Below the pieces are notes generated by a model, which was given only the letters and a program-made list of their open reading frames with translations, did no database searches and was not told the origin of the DNA. DNA of 64,000 bases from Novakomyces olei (taxonomy: Eukaryota): contig JADEYG010000003.1 in NCBI GenBank assembly GCA_016906335.1, positions 558,001 through 622,000 on the forward strand, in the 5' to 3' direction. Of the stretch, positions 13,301 through 24,421 are shown in pieces. The translations under genes were made by a program, and so were the position numbers. Numbering within the stretch: the first letter of the stretch is position 1; each line of letters begins with the position of its first letter.

Positions 13301-13660
13301 GCCGTTGATCTTCGAAAGGCTTTAGAGCCGTTTTCTTTTGCTCCATTTTCAGATTCTCTTTCTTTTAATGCCGTTGATTATCCGATCGCAATTGTGGCTA
13401 CTGAGCTGGCTCCGGCAGTCAGAAATCTGGCGCGTAACGATATTTACCGTGCAACGCGTACTCAAAAGAGGCGGCGTGTAATCGCGCAAGACGATGACGA
13501 TGAAGATGACAACGGCATCATAAGTTTTACCGGCCGGCCTCGTCGATCTACGCGTAAAGCAGAGCCGATACGCGATTATCTACGCGTTCCTCTTGAAGGG
13601 ATTATGAAGACGTGGAGGCTTCCAAGTCAGTTGGCGTCACCAGACTGGGACGAGAACTGA
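10397..13660 (+). CDS. ELG1: Elg1/ATAD5 RFC-like AAA+ PCNA unloader
   Basis: LWT..FRPQ, Walker A GATGSGKSAMVHAVAQELGYEVLEIN..SRRS, LILIEEADVLFEEDRGFW, KRPIVITC, DLR..INNLQFWCQMGVGD. Confidence 0.9.
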   Translation: MPRPFLTGNGSGAGTRHGRQRSFMLHWTRSASPAGSAEAADAQEYSKESPSLIVRLKLPSKVVERNSKGGDDGTRQRAPVLININDDEEGTSIPPESLAAASREIHPFFSTFWKKQARKSVKNGDNIKENGNDIKENGNDIKENEDDKFGDATKPNGKDDNGKSVEDEKRKSANSESKSSTGPVPLFTTDRTRPSSALFPRLKRRKKQTCPWPTRDQFHVKSETSARHSAGNASFPFENEDVDVHKQTFPQRFAARTKAARGKVKADDYERETRALLEAVLAKAAAANCHGGHVCHPQKRIVPSDKVCNLLCRAESKFAFNSAAQNLVQKAKDLNAFDRNEYSDELWTHFFRPQTCEQILDNEKAKSVFKQWLHLCKLGQIPAFSEGKQGGAMKRSVSDLYACASDTESDTTVDNDCEWDYSKRAKNECYKSSSFTIICGATGSGKSAMVHAVAQELGYEVLEINSNSRRSFRDIAETAFETSQSHTVHRDKGGKRAEGKGPREQSGEGGTPSGQGKSLSAELIGPAIKEADGPERWAKETASQETVKGETDRGTSTLEPDCEQIDQTQTCTLSRSSLEPNPRLKQSPAQALILIEEADVLFEEDRGFWPGVESLISTTKRPIVITCTDLDFVYTRLIDAGNTIYMQAAPPALAVPFLQALCLCQGHVVSEQSMAELFNLCKADLRSCINNLQFWCQMGVGDDKGGLGWFPDHKTGSGCRTISVGAFRPGLFWNTECLDECVEWVVDEMPLLLDTCFAPIVKETVDDGHQQENKGDEEGFTERGVETFKEKELNEKELNEKELNEKELNEKESKEKESKEKEYTKPIDSAKDKRKPYHREQNNISAKAGADRDRLHRLDRVSSYIETLSQADTLQSRKSSLFEHDYSVSKDERVGYTTVCELYGGNRADKEPGDLGTVSAIYKQALLCLFNESGGETENKDQFSQTIRANITQRIRNAKSKDSSISQPAVDLRKALEPFSFAPFSDSLSFNAVDYPIAIVATELAPAVRNLARNDIYRATRTQKRRRVIAQDDDDEDDNGIISFTGRPRRSTRKAEPIRDYLRVPLEGIMKTWRLPSQLASPDWDEN
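12773..12862 (+). repeat. Coding 15-bp tandem repeat (EKELN x4, EKESK x2, EKEY) within ELG1
   Basis: gaaaaagagctcaat repeated, then gaaaaagagtctaaa units. Confidence 0.9.
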
Positions 13661-13937
13661 TCAGCAGTGGTCTGTCTCGAAACAAGTGGACTCGTAATGG
13701 CGTTTGTAACGCTCTTTTATTGATTTATGTATATATATTGATAAATGTTTGTAAATTAATAAATGTTTATAACATAAAGTTGAACAGCTTACTGATGAAT
13801 GATTCTGATAAATGTTTACAGACTGCTTTCATTTAACCCTGACTAACCCTAAACTTTAAAGTCACAGTCGTAAGAGCCGTTGGTAAAGTACCCAGATCAT
13901 TTGGCTTTTTGCTATAAACGATTATTTAAAGGGGTAT

Positions 13938-16900
13938 TTAAATGGGAGGAAGGGAATGCCGACAAACAGGACAAGCCAGGCGAATTTCCATCCATTCTTC
14001 GAGACATTGAGTATGGAAAATATGCCGACACGGAGTAATCTGTCCATTGATTAGAGAAAGGATATTAACGGAAATTAATTTAACAGGTTTGTTTTTTTCA
14101 ATTGGCATTTTGAATTTAATTTTTTTTTTCTACTTTTTATTTTTAAAATTTCTTTTGCATCTCTTGCTTTGTTTTGCTGCTTCTTATTCTTTTCCTGTAA
14201 GTGTTCAAATACCATATAAGCTCTCCGAGCCAGTATCGAAGGAGCAAACGCGCTTGAAGTGTACAACGGTATTTGCACGGGATTCATGCAAATAGCACAA
14301 TCAACAGAATGGCCATCTCCGGCCTTTTGAGGGGAAGACGAGGCAAAATTAGGTTCTCCGTTATTGGCTTCTTGTGCTGACTCGAGGTCGTCTGCGCGAA
14401 TGAACTGATGATAATCATAGATAGGCGGTACCAGCTGTAACAAGGTTAACATCTGAGTAATGGAAATAAAGTGAAGAAAAAAAATAAATTCATATAATAA
14501 AATTCATTGACAGTTTTATCATGAATTGATAATTTTAATTATTTTCTTTTAAATAAAATACCTTTTTCGGTACTAGAAATCTCGGTCCGAGTGCCGCTTG
14601 GACGCCTAACAAAAAGACTTGAACCCAAAATACAAGCACACATACAACGATCGGCGTCTTGGCAATTTTGAAATGAACGAGGTCTGCAGGGTAAATCCCA
14701 ATGTAGAAAATGGTTGCCTAATAGAGTCAGCGAGGGTTTTTAACAGTATTGTTTGGACAATAATTCTAAAATAGAAGAATGAAACAGGTACATAAAAATA
14801 ATTATACTAGAGAAAGGAGGAACAAAACTTCACCAAGGACATAAGCGAACGTTTAGAGTATTCCCATTTAACAAATATACTCATTGAAATCAATCAAATT
14901 CAAAAAACTGAAAAGAATTTATAGAAAAGAAAATAAATGAGTGCAAACAATGATTCACAAAGTTTCACACTTACCATTCTCGTTAGAGTTGTTCCAATCA
15001 CAAACTGAAGAGTAAAAGGCTTCGGAGTTCCTCGCATTGCGTTTCGATATATCTGGGGAAACCAAAAACAGCACGAAAGAATAAGGTACGCGTACAGTGA
15101 CGATTTTTGTACAAATGTCGGTAAAAAAAACAGTTGAGAAAAGAAAAACATGGAGCACAGTAATGCGATATAGAATTTTCCATACAGGCTTCCAAAAAAA
15201 GAATTTGACTGGCCCGGAGTCGTTTCTGTATCATTTCCAGTATTCTGGTTTCCAGCCAATTGGGTTCCAGAGCTTGGGCTTCCAATCTGGTCAGCAACTT
15301 CGCGGCGCCGTTCCTCTGCCTGAACAGTTCTTTCAGACTGATGAACACCGTTGAGTAGTACCATAAATCGCAACGAAAACAGTGATGCTGATACAAACGA
15401 TATAAAAGTACATGCAATAAAAGTGAGGAATAGGGAATCTAGAATATGGGTTAGCTTTGGCAACGCTTTTTTTCTTTTTTAAATTTGTTATCAATTTTAT
15501 TTTAATTTATTTTGTTTTGTTCTGTTTATTGTTATTTATTATTTATTTTGAACAAATTCTTCTCAGTATTGTCCTTACATGACCAAAGGGACAGATGAAA
15601 GTAAAGCATTGAACAGCAGCCGTCCGTGTACGCTTGCAATGCAATAGTCCAGAAAGAAATACGTGAAAGCGCCTATTTGTTAGAGAGGATAGAACAAGAA
15701 GAAACGTATTAAAAGACAACGAAGATTAGCCATATAAAAACTTACAGACGGAGTTGTCGACTTTTTTAGTTGCTGAATTTGCAAAGAAATCTGAATAACT
15801 GCAATGAATAGTTGAAACGTCCCAAAATTCAATAGAGAAATAACGCGCGATTCGAACTTAATTCCTTGCAAAGAATCAAGATCAATAAACAGCCCACAAT
15901 CGGGACTCAGCAAAGTGCCAACAAGCGAAAGGCGAGGCACTTTAGGGAGAAATGTTCGAGATTTTAGCCGTAAGTCCATTTCAAGATCATCGACTTGCTT
16001 TTGAGTAAGTCCGGAATCGACGGGTAGAGCGCGTAAAAATCCGATCCACTGGCAAGTATTATTGAGAGGCATCGAAGTCAAGTACGGAGTAGCAGACTCT
16101 TCAATGCTCTCAATGCCATCGTTCAAAATACTGAGTGTGACATTTCGATTTGCTTCAAATTGATCCGGGAACAAAGTCATTCCAACCAGAGTCGCATACC
16201 CATCAAATCTGATATTAGCAAGGACAGTAGACAGACAGCATTTGTTTAAATTCATAAACAGATCACAAATAGCTAGTCGTTGGAAAACTTACTCTTCTAG
16301 CGGAGTGGACGCGAGTATGGTTCCATTTTCAGTGTGATGAAGTCCATTTAGAATAATCGACTTCTTGCCAAACCACGAAGTACCGATATCGACGGACAAC
16401 TAACCATTAGACTACCAAAATTACATTTCTTTTGCAATTATCTTACCCTTGACAATCTATACTGAGAGCCATAAAACGAAGGAGGGCCAGAAATAACTGT
16501 CTCCGTCAAGTCTATTTCGATATTACGCTCCTCGCCTTGCAAGACACGAATCCATTGCTGCTTGTCTTTAAGCGCTTCTTCCTCATCACTGCCTTGCTTG
16601 TTATTTCTAAACGATTTCCATGAGCCATAAACGGTCCCTGTTAAATTGGAGTATAATGGCAGATCTGATTCTTGAGCAGTTGCGCTTGATACTTGTCGCG
16701 AGTCTTCTAGTGCCTTTGCGATTAGTACAGAGTAATTGTACTATTGCATGGCTATTCAGAATCGATTCCGCATCGACCCAGGCTAAGAATAAAACAGCTT
16801 CTTATTCATTTTTTTTTCAGAAAATACCTTCAAATCAAACTGGCTCGGCTGGAAAAGATCATTGGTAGAGTTGGCTGTTTCCAGCAATTTCGCTCGGGCC

Positions 16901-17043
16901 TTGAGCGTATCGATGCGATGACTCGCCTCATCGCGGGTTACTGAGGTCGGTGTGTTTGGCGTTAAAATCATGATAAGAAACAGCATGAGAAGGAGAATTT
17001 CACGATTTGGCCGAGGCCTAACGAACCGTGAATCCTCGTCCAT
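13938..17043 (-). CDS. TUL1: Transmembrane RING-H2 E3 ligase Tul1/Dsc1, spliced
   Basis: N-terminal hydrophobic segment, lumenal LLSPDCG, multiple TM segments, FWFPQIYRNAMRG. C-terminal CAICM..RRAYM/ITPCRHIFHTQCLEEWMEIRLACPVCRHSLPPI*. Confidence 0.9.
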
Positions 17044-17416
17044 ATTAAAATTGACGGGCAGTCCGTTAGTCGAGAGTCGACATAGCCGTTGATTTATTAA
17101 TATAGTGTGATTAATTAATTAATTTATTAATTGATAATTCGTATCAAGATAGATCGGTAATGTCACACAATATATTATATTATTGAATGAGGTGTGCAAG
17201 CTGCCGTATACACATATAAGTGCATTCATTCATTTAGTCAATAATAGATTAAATTGACGCAGTTCCATATATTAACTGCCCATGGCCATAGTATATTATA
17301 ATTTTCGCTATAGCGCGAGCAGAAAGCAACTATGCTATCTAATCTAATCTAATCTGATTTAAAGGAAATTATTTGTATTTGTTCCTGAATACGGACAAAT
17401 GATTGATCGCTGCTGA

Positions 17417-18347
17417 ATGACGACAGACAATTGGAAAGCGCTGACTGTAAGAGTCCATCTGATATTTTTATACGATTTACTGAACAATTCAGTCAGGCGC
17501 AATCGCGGGAGTCGCTGTTGACGTGTCGCTTTTCCCAATTGACACGATCAAAACACGATTACAAGCGAGTGGAGGATTCTTAAAGAATGGAGGTTTCAGC
17601 GGTCTTTACCGCGGAATGGGCAGCATCTTTGCTGGAAGTGCTCCGGGAGGTAAGAAACGAAAATTCCGTATAAAAGAGCTGTTTTTTGCTATGAAAGAAT
17701 ACTATAAACCTGTCTTCTGTTCAATTCCCTAACCAGCTGCAGCCGGCATTTTTTTTCTAGCCTACGAGCAAAGCAAATTGGCATTTCACGATAATTTATT
17801 TGGAAATATGGCCGCGTCTTGCATAGGCGAGACTGCGGCTTGCATTGTACGCGTCCCCACAGAAGTCGTCAAGTTACGTACACAAACAGCTCATAATGCG
17901 ACATCGCTCTTAACTTTGCGATCAATACTGAGCGAGACGAATGCTTTGCGCCAGCTTTACCGTGGCTGGTGGAGCACGCTTGCGAGAGAATTGCCGTTTA
18001 CCTGTATCCAAATGCCTCTGTGGGAGACGTTGAAAAGGAGACAGAGTAAGAACAATTATTCAGCTGCTGATGCCGCAGTTAGTGGTTCAATTGCTGGAGC
18101 AGTAGCAGCAGCTTCTACTACTCCGCTCGACGTGATCAAGACTAGAGTCATGCTTCTACGTACACATAATACAGCCTCGGCTCGGTGGTCACGAGTTGCG
18201 GTGGATATCTATCGGACAGAGGGCTTTCGTGCTTTCTGGCGTGGAATTGGGCCCCGTGTGTTTTGGATATCAGCCGGCGGATTCATATTCCTGGGGGCGT
18301 ATGACGCGTGTAGACGGATACTGTCCAGACAAGAAAATATAGAGTGA
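17417..18347 (+). CDS. PET8: Mitochondrial S-adenosylmethionine carrier (2 introns)
   Basis: SGAIAGVAVDVSLFPIDTIKTRLQA, ETAACIVRVPTEVVK, RELPFTCIQMPLWE, TTPLDVIKTRVML: three Px[DE]xxK carrier repeats with the SAM-carrier signature. Confidence 0.92.
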
Positions 18348-18524
18348 TTATAGAAGAAAGAAATAATTTAGTATTCAACATGTGTGTACTTATCGTGCCG
18401 CACAAAAAAGACTAAACTTACAGCTCTTAGCCGGGTTTAAACGAAATAAACGCAGTAGATAAGATAGTTTTTAAACCCATTAAATAAACGCTTTGCACTT
18501 GATATCACATATAATCACATATAA

Positions 18525-19999
18525 TCACCCGCTTTCACTCTCTAATCTCTCGCGAAATTTAATAATTTGTGAATCGGCAATGCTGGTCTTAAAGGCACAC
18601 TGTACCTCCAGCTCTGACCTTTTATTGATGCCAAATGAAGGCAAAGCTACTGCCCATTCACTGCCGCCATTGTGACTTTTGCTATTAGTTTCCACCAAGA
18701 CTGGAAGAGTCTCAAGCACATTACCGCCTGGCTTTTTCCCCATTTGGTTTCCAAACTGTTTCCAATGCCGCCCTTTAGCAGGCTGGATGACCCCCATAAA
18801 AGGCTCATGTGCTGTTTGATCTAATTTCAGAGTTATCCACCATCTTTTGTCCCAAAACACCTGCACCCTCTCACCCGGCTTCAAATTAATCATAACGTTA
18901 GGATTTTCCCAGTGACAAAAAGGCTCTCTTTGCACGATTATTTCTGATCCACTGCGCTGTACAACGCATTTCGCAACTGTAAGTTTGCCCTTCAATGCCC
19001 GCACGCTCTGTGCTACACTTCGTTCCCGAATTCTATCCACCGGCGAAACGAGCAGAAGGCAATGGCAAAGCAAATCATCGTGCAACGCATGATTTTCAAG
19101 TAAGTCTAATTTAACCCGGCCTAGTGAAGGGAACAATTGCACTCGTACACGGCCACTGTCAATCAAGGTTTGCAAAGCATTCATCACCGTCCTTCTTTGC
19201 TCGTAAAAGTACTCACCCAGTGACGTCAGCGCAGCCGGCTTTAGAGCTCCCGGCAGATCGGAATCATGTGAGAGTATGTATCTAATCGCATTACGTGCTG
19301 TCAAAGTGCAGTCCTTATTGGACGCGTCTTCGCTCCATCGGACTCGCTTCTCCAAGCAGTAATCGCTCAAAGCCATCTTTTCTACATTCAATAGCGGTCT
19401 CAGTGCACGCAATGATCGCGCCGCCTCCATGTCTTTTACTTCTGGTAGAGCCGCAACGAGAGAAGGTCGGCAAAGTGCAGAGGCAGATTTTGCTCTTTGC
19501 GAGAGTCTCAGCCAGATCTGTTCAGCCACATCGCCCGCGTGATGAGCAGTCATTACACATGTAACCTTGTTTTCCAGCATTAATTGTGCCAACAGCCGGT
19601 ACCGTTGCGTGCGAGCCGCTGCTTCTAAGCCAGCGACGGGAGGACCAAACGTCCAATCCACCTTTTTCGATACATGAACAAAACCTGGTCGGTTAGACGT
19701 GACGAGAAAATGCCCTTGTCGGGTTAAATACCTAATTTGCTCAGCTCTGTCTTGACAAGATCAATCTCAGCAGCAGACTCGGGTCGCAGGCCGTGATCAA
19801 TACTAAAGCCAAACAGTAAAGGCGCCTTTGATCTCGGAGACGCTGCAAGTGCACGTGCTCGGTGGGCGCTCAGCAAAGCACAGAGCGCCATACTGTCGCT
19901 GCCACCGGATACAGCAACGGCGACCTTTGCCGGAAGGTGCAATGGCTCTCGTGGCCATAGTGAAGAGAGTGCTTTTTGCAGCGCTGCTTCTGGTCGCAT
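18525..19999 (-). CDS. tRNA(Ile)-lysidine synthase TilS-like PP-loop protein (1 intron), probably mitochondrial
   Basis: VAVAVSGGSDSMAL, SIDHGLRPES..E, EAAAR..RY, TAHHAGD, LRPLL.V.K, WSEDASN, RNAIR. Confidence 0.85.
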
Positions 20000-20091
20000 G
20001 CGAGCATTCTGAAACAGCAGGATGTATCTATAAGAATCGCATTACGATTAAAAAGATTATACGGTTTCACGGTCAATAAATAAATTAATTA

Positions 20092-20180
20092 ATAAATAAT
20101 AAATAATAAATAATAAATAATAAATAATAAATAATAAATAATAAATAATAAATAATAAATAATAAATAATAAATAAATAA
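20092..20180. repeat. (AATAATA)n microsatellite in the TilS-like/PIF1 divergent promoter
   Basis: Perfect 7-bp unit repeated about 11 times. Confidence 0.9.
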
Positions 20181-20290
20181 TGTATGCACAAAACAATTCT
20201 ATACACAACGGATCGCGTAAACCCGTCAGGTCGAGCAAGTTGTAGTCAAACCGCGGAAAGCAGACGCGCGTGTTTTGTCTGCGGCAGTGT

Positions 20291-22957
20291 ATGCAATCGA
20301 GTCGTAGCGGATTGTGTTCTAGACTCGTCTCACGCGTACGTCTTGTCCGCCGGAATCATAATCATCGGCCAAGGATCGGTTGCTTTTCGTCTCTGACGAT
20401 GGCCGGTCATGGATCTTCGCCAGCTGTGCGCCGAGTGCTGCAGCCGTGCGAGCCGAACCGGCAGTTTAGGCCTTTCACAGAAAAGCACGTGACTGTCGCT
20501 TCGACTGCCGAGCAGAAGCAAAAGCCAATTGCTGCGCAAAAAGCAGCTGGCGGAGATGGCGAGGTTGTAATAGTGAATTCTGTGCTCAATTCGTTACACT
20601 GCAATAATGCCTTTGCGCCGGGCAATAGAGCGGCTGAAACTGGGATGTTTGGGGTTCGTGTGGACGAGGCTGATTTTGAGGACGACTTGAATTTTGATTT
20701 TAACAGCGACGGCGATGAAGTGGAATGGTCGAGCTCGCCAATGGAGAATAAAGTCTGTAAAAAGGCGGACAGCAAACAGCAAACGGATTTGGGCAGACAA
20801 ACGAGTAATGCAAATGCTCACATGGAGACTATACAGGCGCGTACCTCTGTGGATGCGTCTACGCTTCCGAATGGAACTGTGCCTACAATAGAGGCAAATG
20901 TGGGCACAAAGGGCAGTTTTGGTGCCGCAAACAATTCTGCTTTCAAGCAACAAAATGCTGCACGCGGATTTGCTACACGAACTGTTTGTAGAAACTCGGA
21001 ATCGCTGCAAGTTCAGGAAGCAGCGGCACCTGTCTCGCAAAACCCTAAACCTATAGGTAAGGAGGAGAAAGTTGCGAAAAGAAAACGGGTTTTGCCGCCC
21101 AGTATAGCGCGAAAAGAGCCAGTGAATCAATCAAAGCCTGCGGAAACCAAACCTCAGACTGATTGGCTGGCAGTATTACGTGGAAATACCGACTCTTCAA
21201 CGAAAAGAAGGCGTACAGCCAGTGCTGGTTCGGATAAGAGTACCTCTTCTGCAGGGAATGCTAGTAAGCATCGGCCAACAAGAGTTCCTCACATTTTTCT
21301 ATCGGAAGAACAGCAGCGTGTAGTGCGTATGGTAGTACACGAAGGGAAAAGCGTGTTTTTCACTGGGTCTGCTGGAACAGGGAAATCGGTTTTGCTCAGG
21401 GAGATTATTGCAGGACTGCGTAGAAAACATTCATTCTCTCCGGAACACGTGGCTGTTACGGCGTCTACGGGGCTGGCTGCCTGTAATATTGGCGGGGTTA
21501 CTCTACACTCTTTTGCCAGCATTGGCCTCGGTAAAGATCCAGTGGAGCAACTGATACGGCGTATTCGAAAGAATAAAAAGAGTCTGTCACGCTGGCAACG
21601 GACAGAGGCTTTAATTATTGATGAAGGTAAGCAGACTGATTTATTGATGTTGAAAAAGTAAAGACAAATTGAGAAATAAACTTAATTATTAATTCTTATT
21701 TCTTTGCTTCTTTCCGATATTTTGGTCTTGCGACTAACTATAGTCTCAATGCTGGACGGCGACTTGTTTGACACTCTGGAAGAGATTGCACGCACAGTAC
21801 GAAAGAATCCGAAACCGTTTGGTGGCATTCAACTAGTTTTGACGGGAGATTTCTTTCAACTACCTCCCGTACCCAAACCTGGGCTCCCCGCAAAATTCTG
21901 TTTTGAAGCAGAGAGATGGAAAACGTCTTTGCCTCACATGATTATGCTCCATCACGTTTTCCGTCAGCAAGACGAGAGTTTTGTGAGCATGCTAAACGAA
22001 ATGCGCCTGGGCACTCTATCGGCTGCGTCAATCGCCAGATTTCAAGCATTATCTCGGCCGCCTAACTATAGCGATGGACTAGTACCGACCGAGCTTTTCC
22101 CTACTCGGCACGAAGTGGAAAATGCAAATGCCAGCCGAATGCGCGGCCTTGACGGTGAAATTCGACGGTTCGCTGCTGTCGATAATGCCAAAATTATGGA
22201 GGAGAACGCTCGAAATGCAATGTTTGCAAACTTTATGGCACCAGCAACGCTTGAGCTCAAACCCGATGCACAAGTAATGCTGATAAAAAACTTTGATGAG
22301 CAGCTTGTGAATGGAACACTTGGCCGTGTTGTTGGATTTATGGATGATGAAACGTATCAGCTACAACAAAAGACAGAGATCTTACAATCAACTGCCGAGT
22401 TTGAAGACGAAAATATTGCTAGATCTGCTGCCGCTACTGCTGCTTCGTCTGCCAAAGCCCCGACTAGGGGCCGGCAATGGCCGCTGGTTCGGTTTGTACT
22501 TACTACAGGCTGTACTCGAGACCTGCTTTGCCAGCCAGAGACTTGGCGAGTCGAGTCTAATGGTGAAACAGTGGCAACACGCACTCAAGTGCCATTAATC
22601 CTGGCTTATGCTATCAGCATCCATAAAGCACAGGGCCAAACATTGGACAGGGTGAAAGTTGATTTGGGTAAAGTCTTTGAAAAAGGTCAGGCTTATGTTG
22701 CGCTCTCACGCGCAACGTGCCAGGAAGGATTGCAAGTGTTGCGCTTTGATGCGCGTAAAGTACAAGCTCATCCGCGTGTTGCAGAATTCTATCGTACATT
22801 AACGCGTATAGATACTCAGCAAAACGAAGAGCAAATAAACGGGCTCGGCAGTATGGGCATTGAACATAGAAGGCGGCCACGAATTCGGCCAGTACAGAAC
22901 GATGCTGCTGCTAACTGGTCCGCAGAGTTTAGGCATACGGGCTCGCAGACAGGATAA
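20291..22957 (+). CDS. PIF1: Pif1/Pfh1 5'-3' DNA helicase (intron ~21627-21743)
   Basis: LSEEQ..V, FFTGSAGTGKS, VAVTASTGLAACNIGGVTLHSFA, LIIDE/VSM, FGGIQLVLTGDFFQLPPV, FRQQD, QVPLILAYAISIHKAQGQTL, GQAYVALSRA. Confidence 0.96.
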
Positions 22958-23892
22958 GCTTATTTGTAAGATGGGGGTGTTTTATGGGGAAGATCAAGAG
23001 TTCTATAGTAGAAATGAATAGAGGTGCTTCCATGCCAAGCTGGGTCGTTATGGCATTTTTGATATTACCGTATATCATTGAGAAAGTTTATATAATAATA
23101 GTAAATAAATACATACATAATAAATAAATAAATAAATAAATGTATATATATATATATACATAAATGGGTAGGTGATTATCTAATTTGTTTAATGGATACA
23201 GACATTATGGCACAGTTTCTAGAAATAGAACGCATTTATCCGACATACGTTGCACTATCTATCCTGGGCGGCAATACTTCTTGTGCAGTACCATCGTTTG
23301 CTTTCTATTCCCTTATATCGACACTAAATCGAAGACTCGCGAATCGCCAAGAACTCGTCTGCATAAGAAGATCGCTATAGGTCGCAAAGGGTTAGGGTTA
23401 TTCATTTGAACCAATCACGAAGTGCTTATATAATATTCTCTGTCACCTGCATATCATATTTGTCCCGGATAAACTATGTCATACAAAGACCCTTTTTCTC
23501 GGTTATTTAGAATAATAATATGTATCGTGTTGGCTATAATTTGATTGATTTTTCGGTTCATTAATCATTCATTTTCCAGACACTGTGTCCAAACATGATG
23601 ATAATTTTCGACGGCGGCTCTGATTTTCGGTTATCCGGTCAAAGTGCACCGTCTTTTCCCGTCTGTCTTTGTGTGTATTCATGTATCAAAGCGTCGGCTG
23701 ATCGATAAGACAATGACCGATTGATGTAGATAAATAAACGCGTGTCCGCTATGTAAATAAAAACCAAACGCGCTCTTCGGTTAATTAATTTTTGTCCAGT
23801 GCAATGATGTATGTCATTAAATATATTTATCGATCTGATTTGCCCTTCATTCTTTGTAGTATTAGCAACTTGTAGATCGAGAACCGTTCGTT

Positions 23893-23950
23893 TCGACTAA
23901 ACAACTATGTCGACTAAACAACTATGTCGCAGCTAAACAACCAAGTCGCA
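23893..23950. repeat. 17-bp tandem repeat (2 perfect + 1 degenerate copies) upstream of NDE1
   Basis: tcgactaaacaactatg x2, then tcgcagctaaacaaccaag. Confidence 0.8.
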
Positions 23951-24421
23951 ACACAAAAACTACGTCACACTCTGCTCATATGTTCTTCCTAGATTTGGAT
24001 GACACTACATGGTACAGGGCGTATTACAAATTATTATGTATACTGATATACTGTATACCACTACTCGTGTCGAAGACAGAGCTATACACGGCAACGCGGA
24101 GCAAACGTAAAAAGTAGAATAATAGTGTACGTGAGCAACAGTGTCAATATTAAGCATCTGCAACAAAATTGCAGCAAAACTGCAGCAAAACTGCACGCGT
24201 CATTTCCATCCAATCCACAAGCAAACGAAACCCTACTCCGCGTGTCGCAAACAGTGTCTCCCTTGGACCGCTCGCATGTAACACTACTTGTGCATTATAC
24301 GCAGACAATAAATAATTTAAAAGAGTGCCGCAGGTGTACGCAAACGCACGCGGCAGAGCAGTGTAGGACTCTGACACGGTACACCGAACGGACGGCAAAG
24401 CCTCCACTGCCTATACCGGCA

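Noticed and set aside
23185-23409. Second template-like UAACCCUAACCCU (minus strand) and short ORFs
   Set aside because: I saw no boundary hairpin or pseudoknot, and there are only ~400 nt before the PIF1 3' end. The ORFs have no recognisable features.
23595-23701. ATGATGA...CTGA...CTGA box C/D-like pattern
   Set aside because: No convincing rRNA-complementary guide or terminal stem. The near match to 18S CCGCCCGTCG lacks a base.
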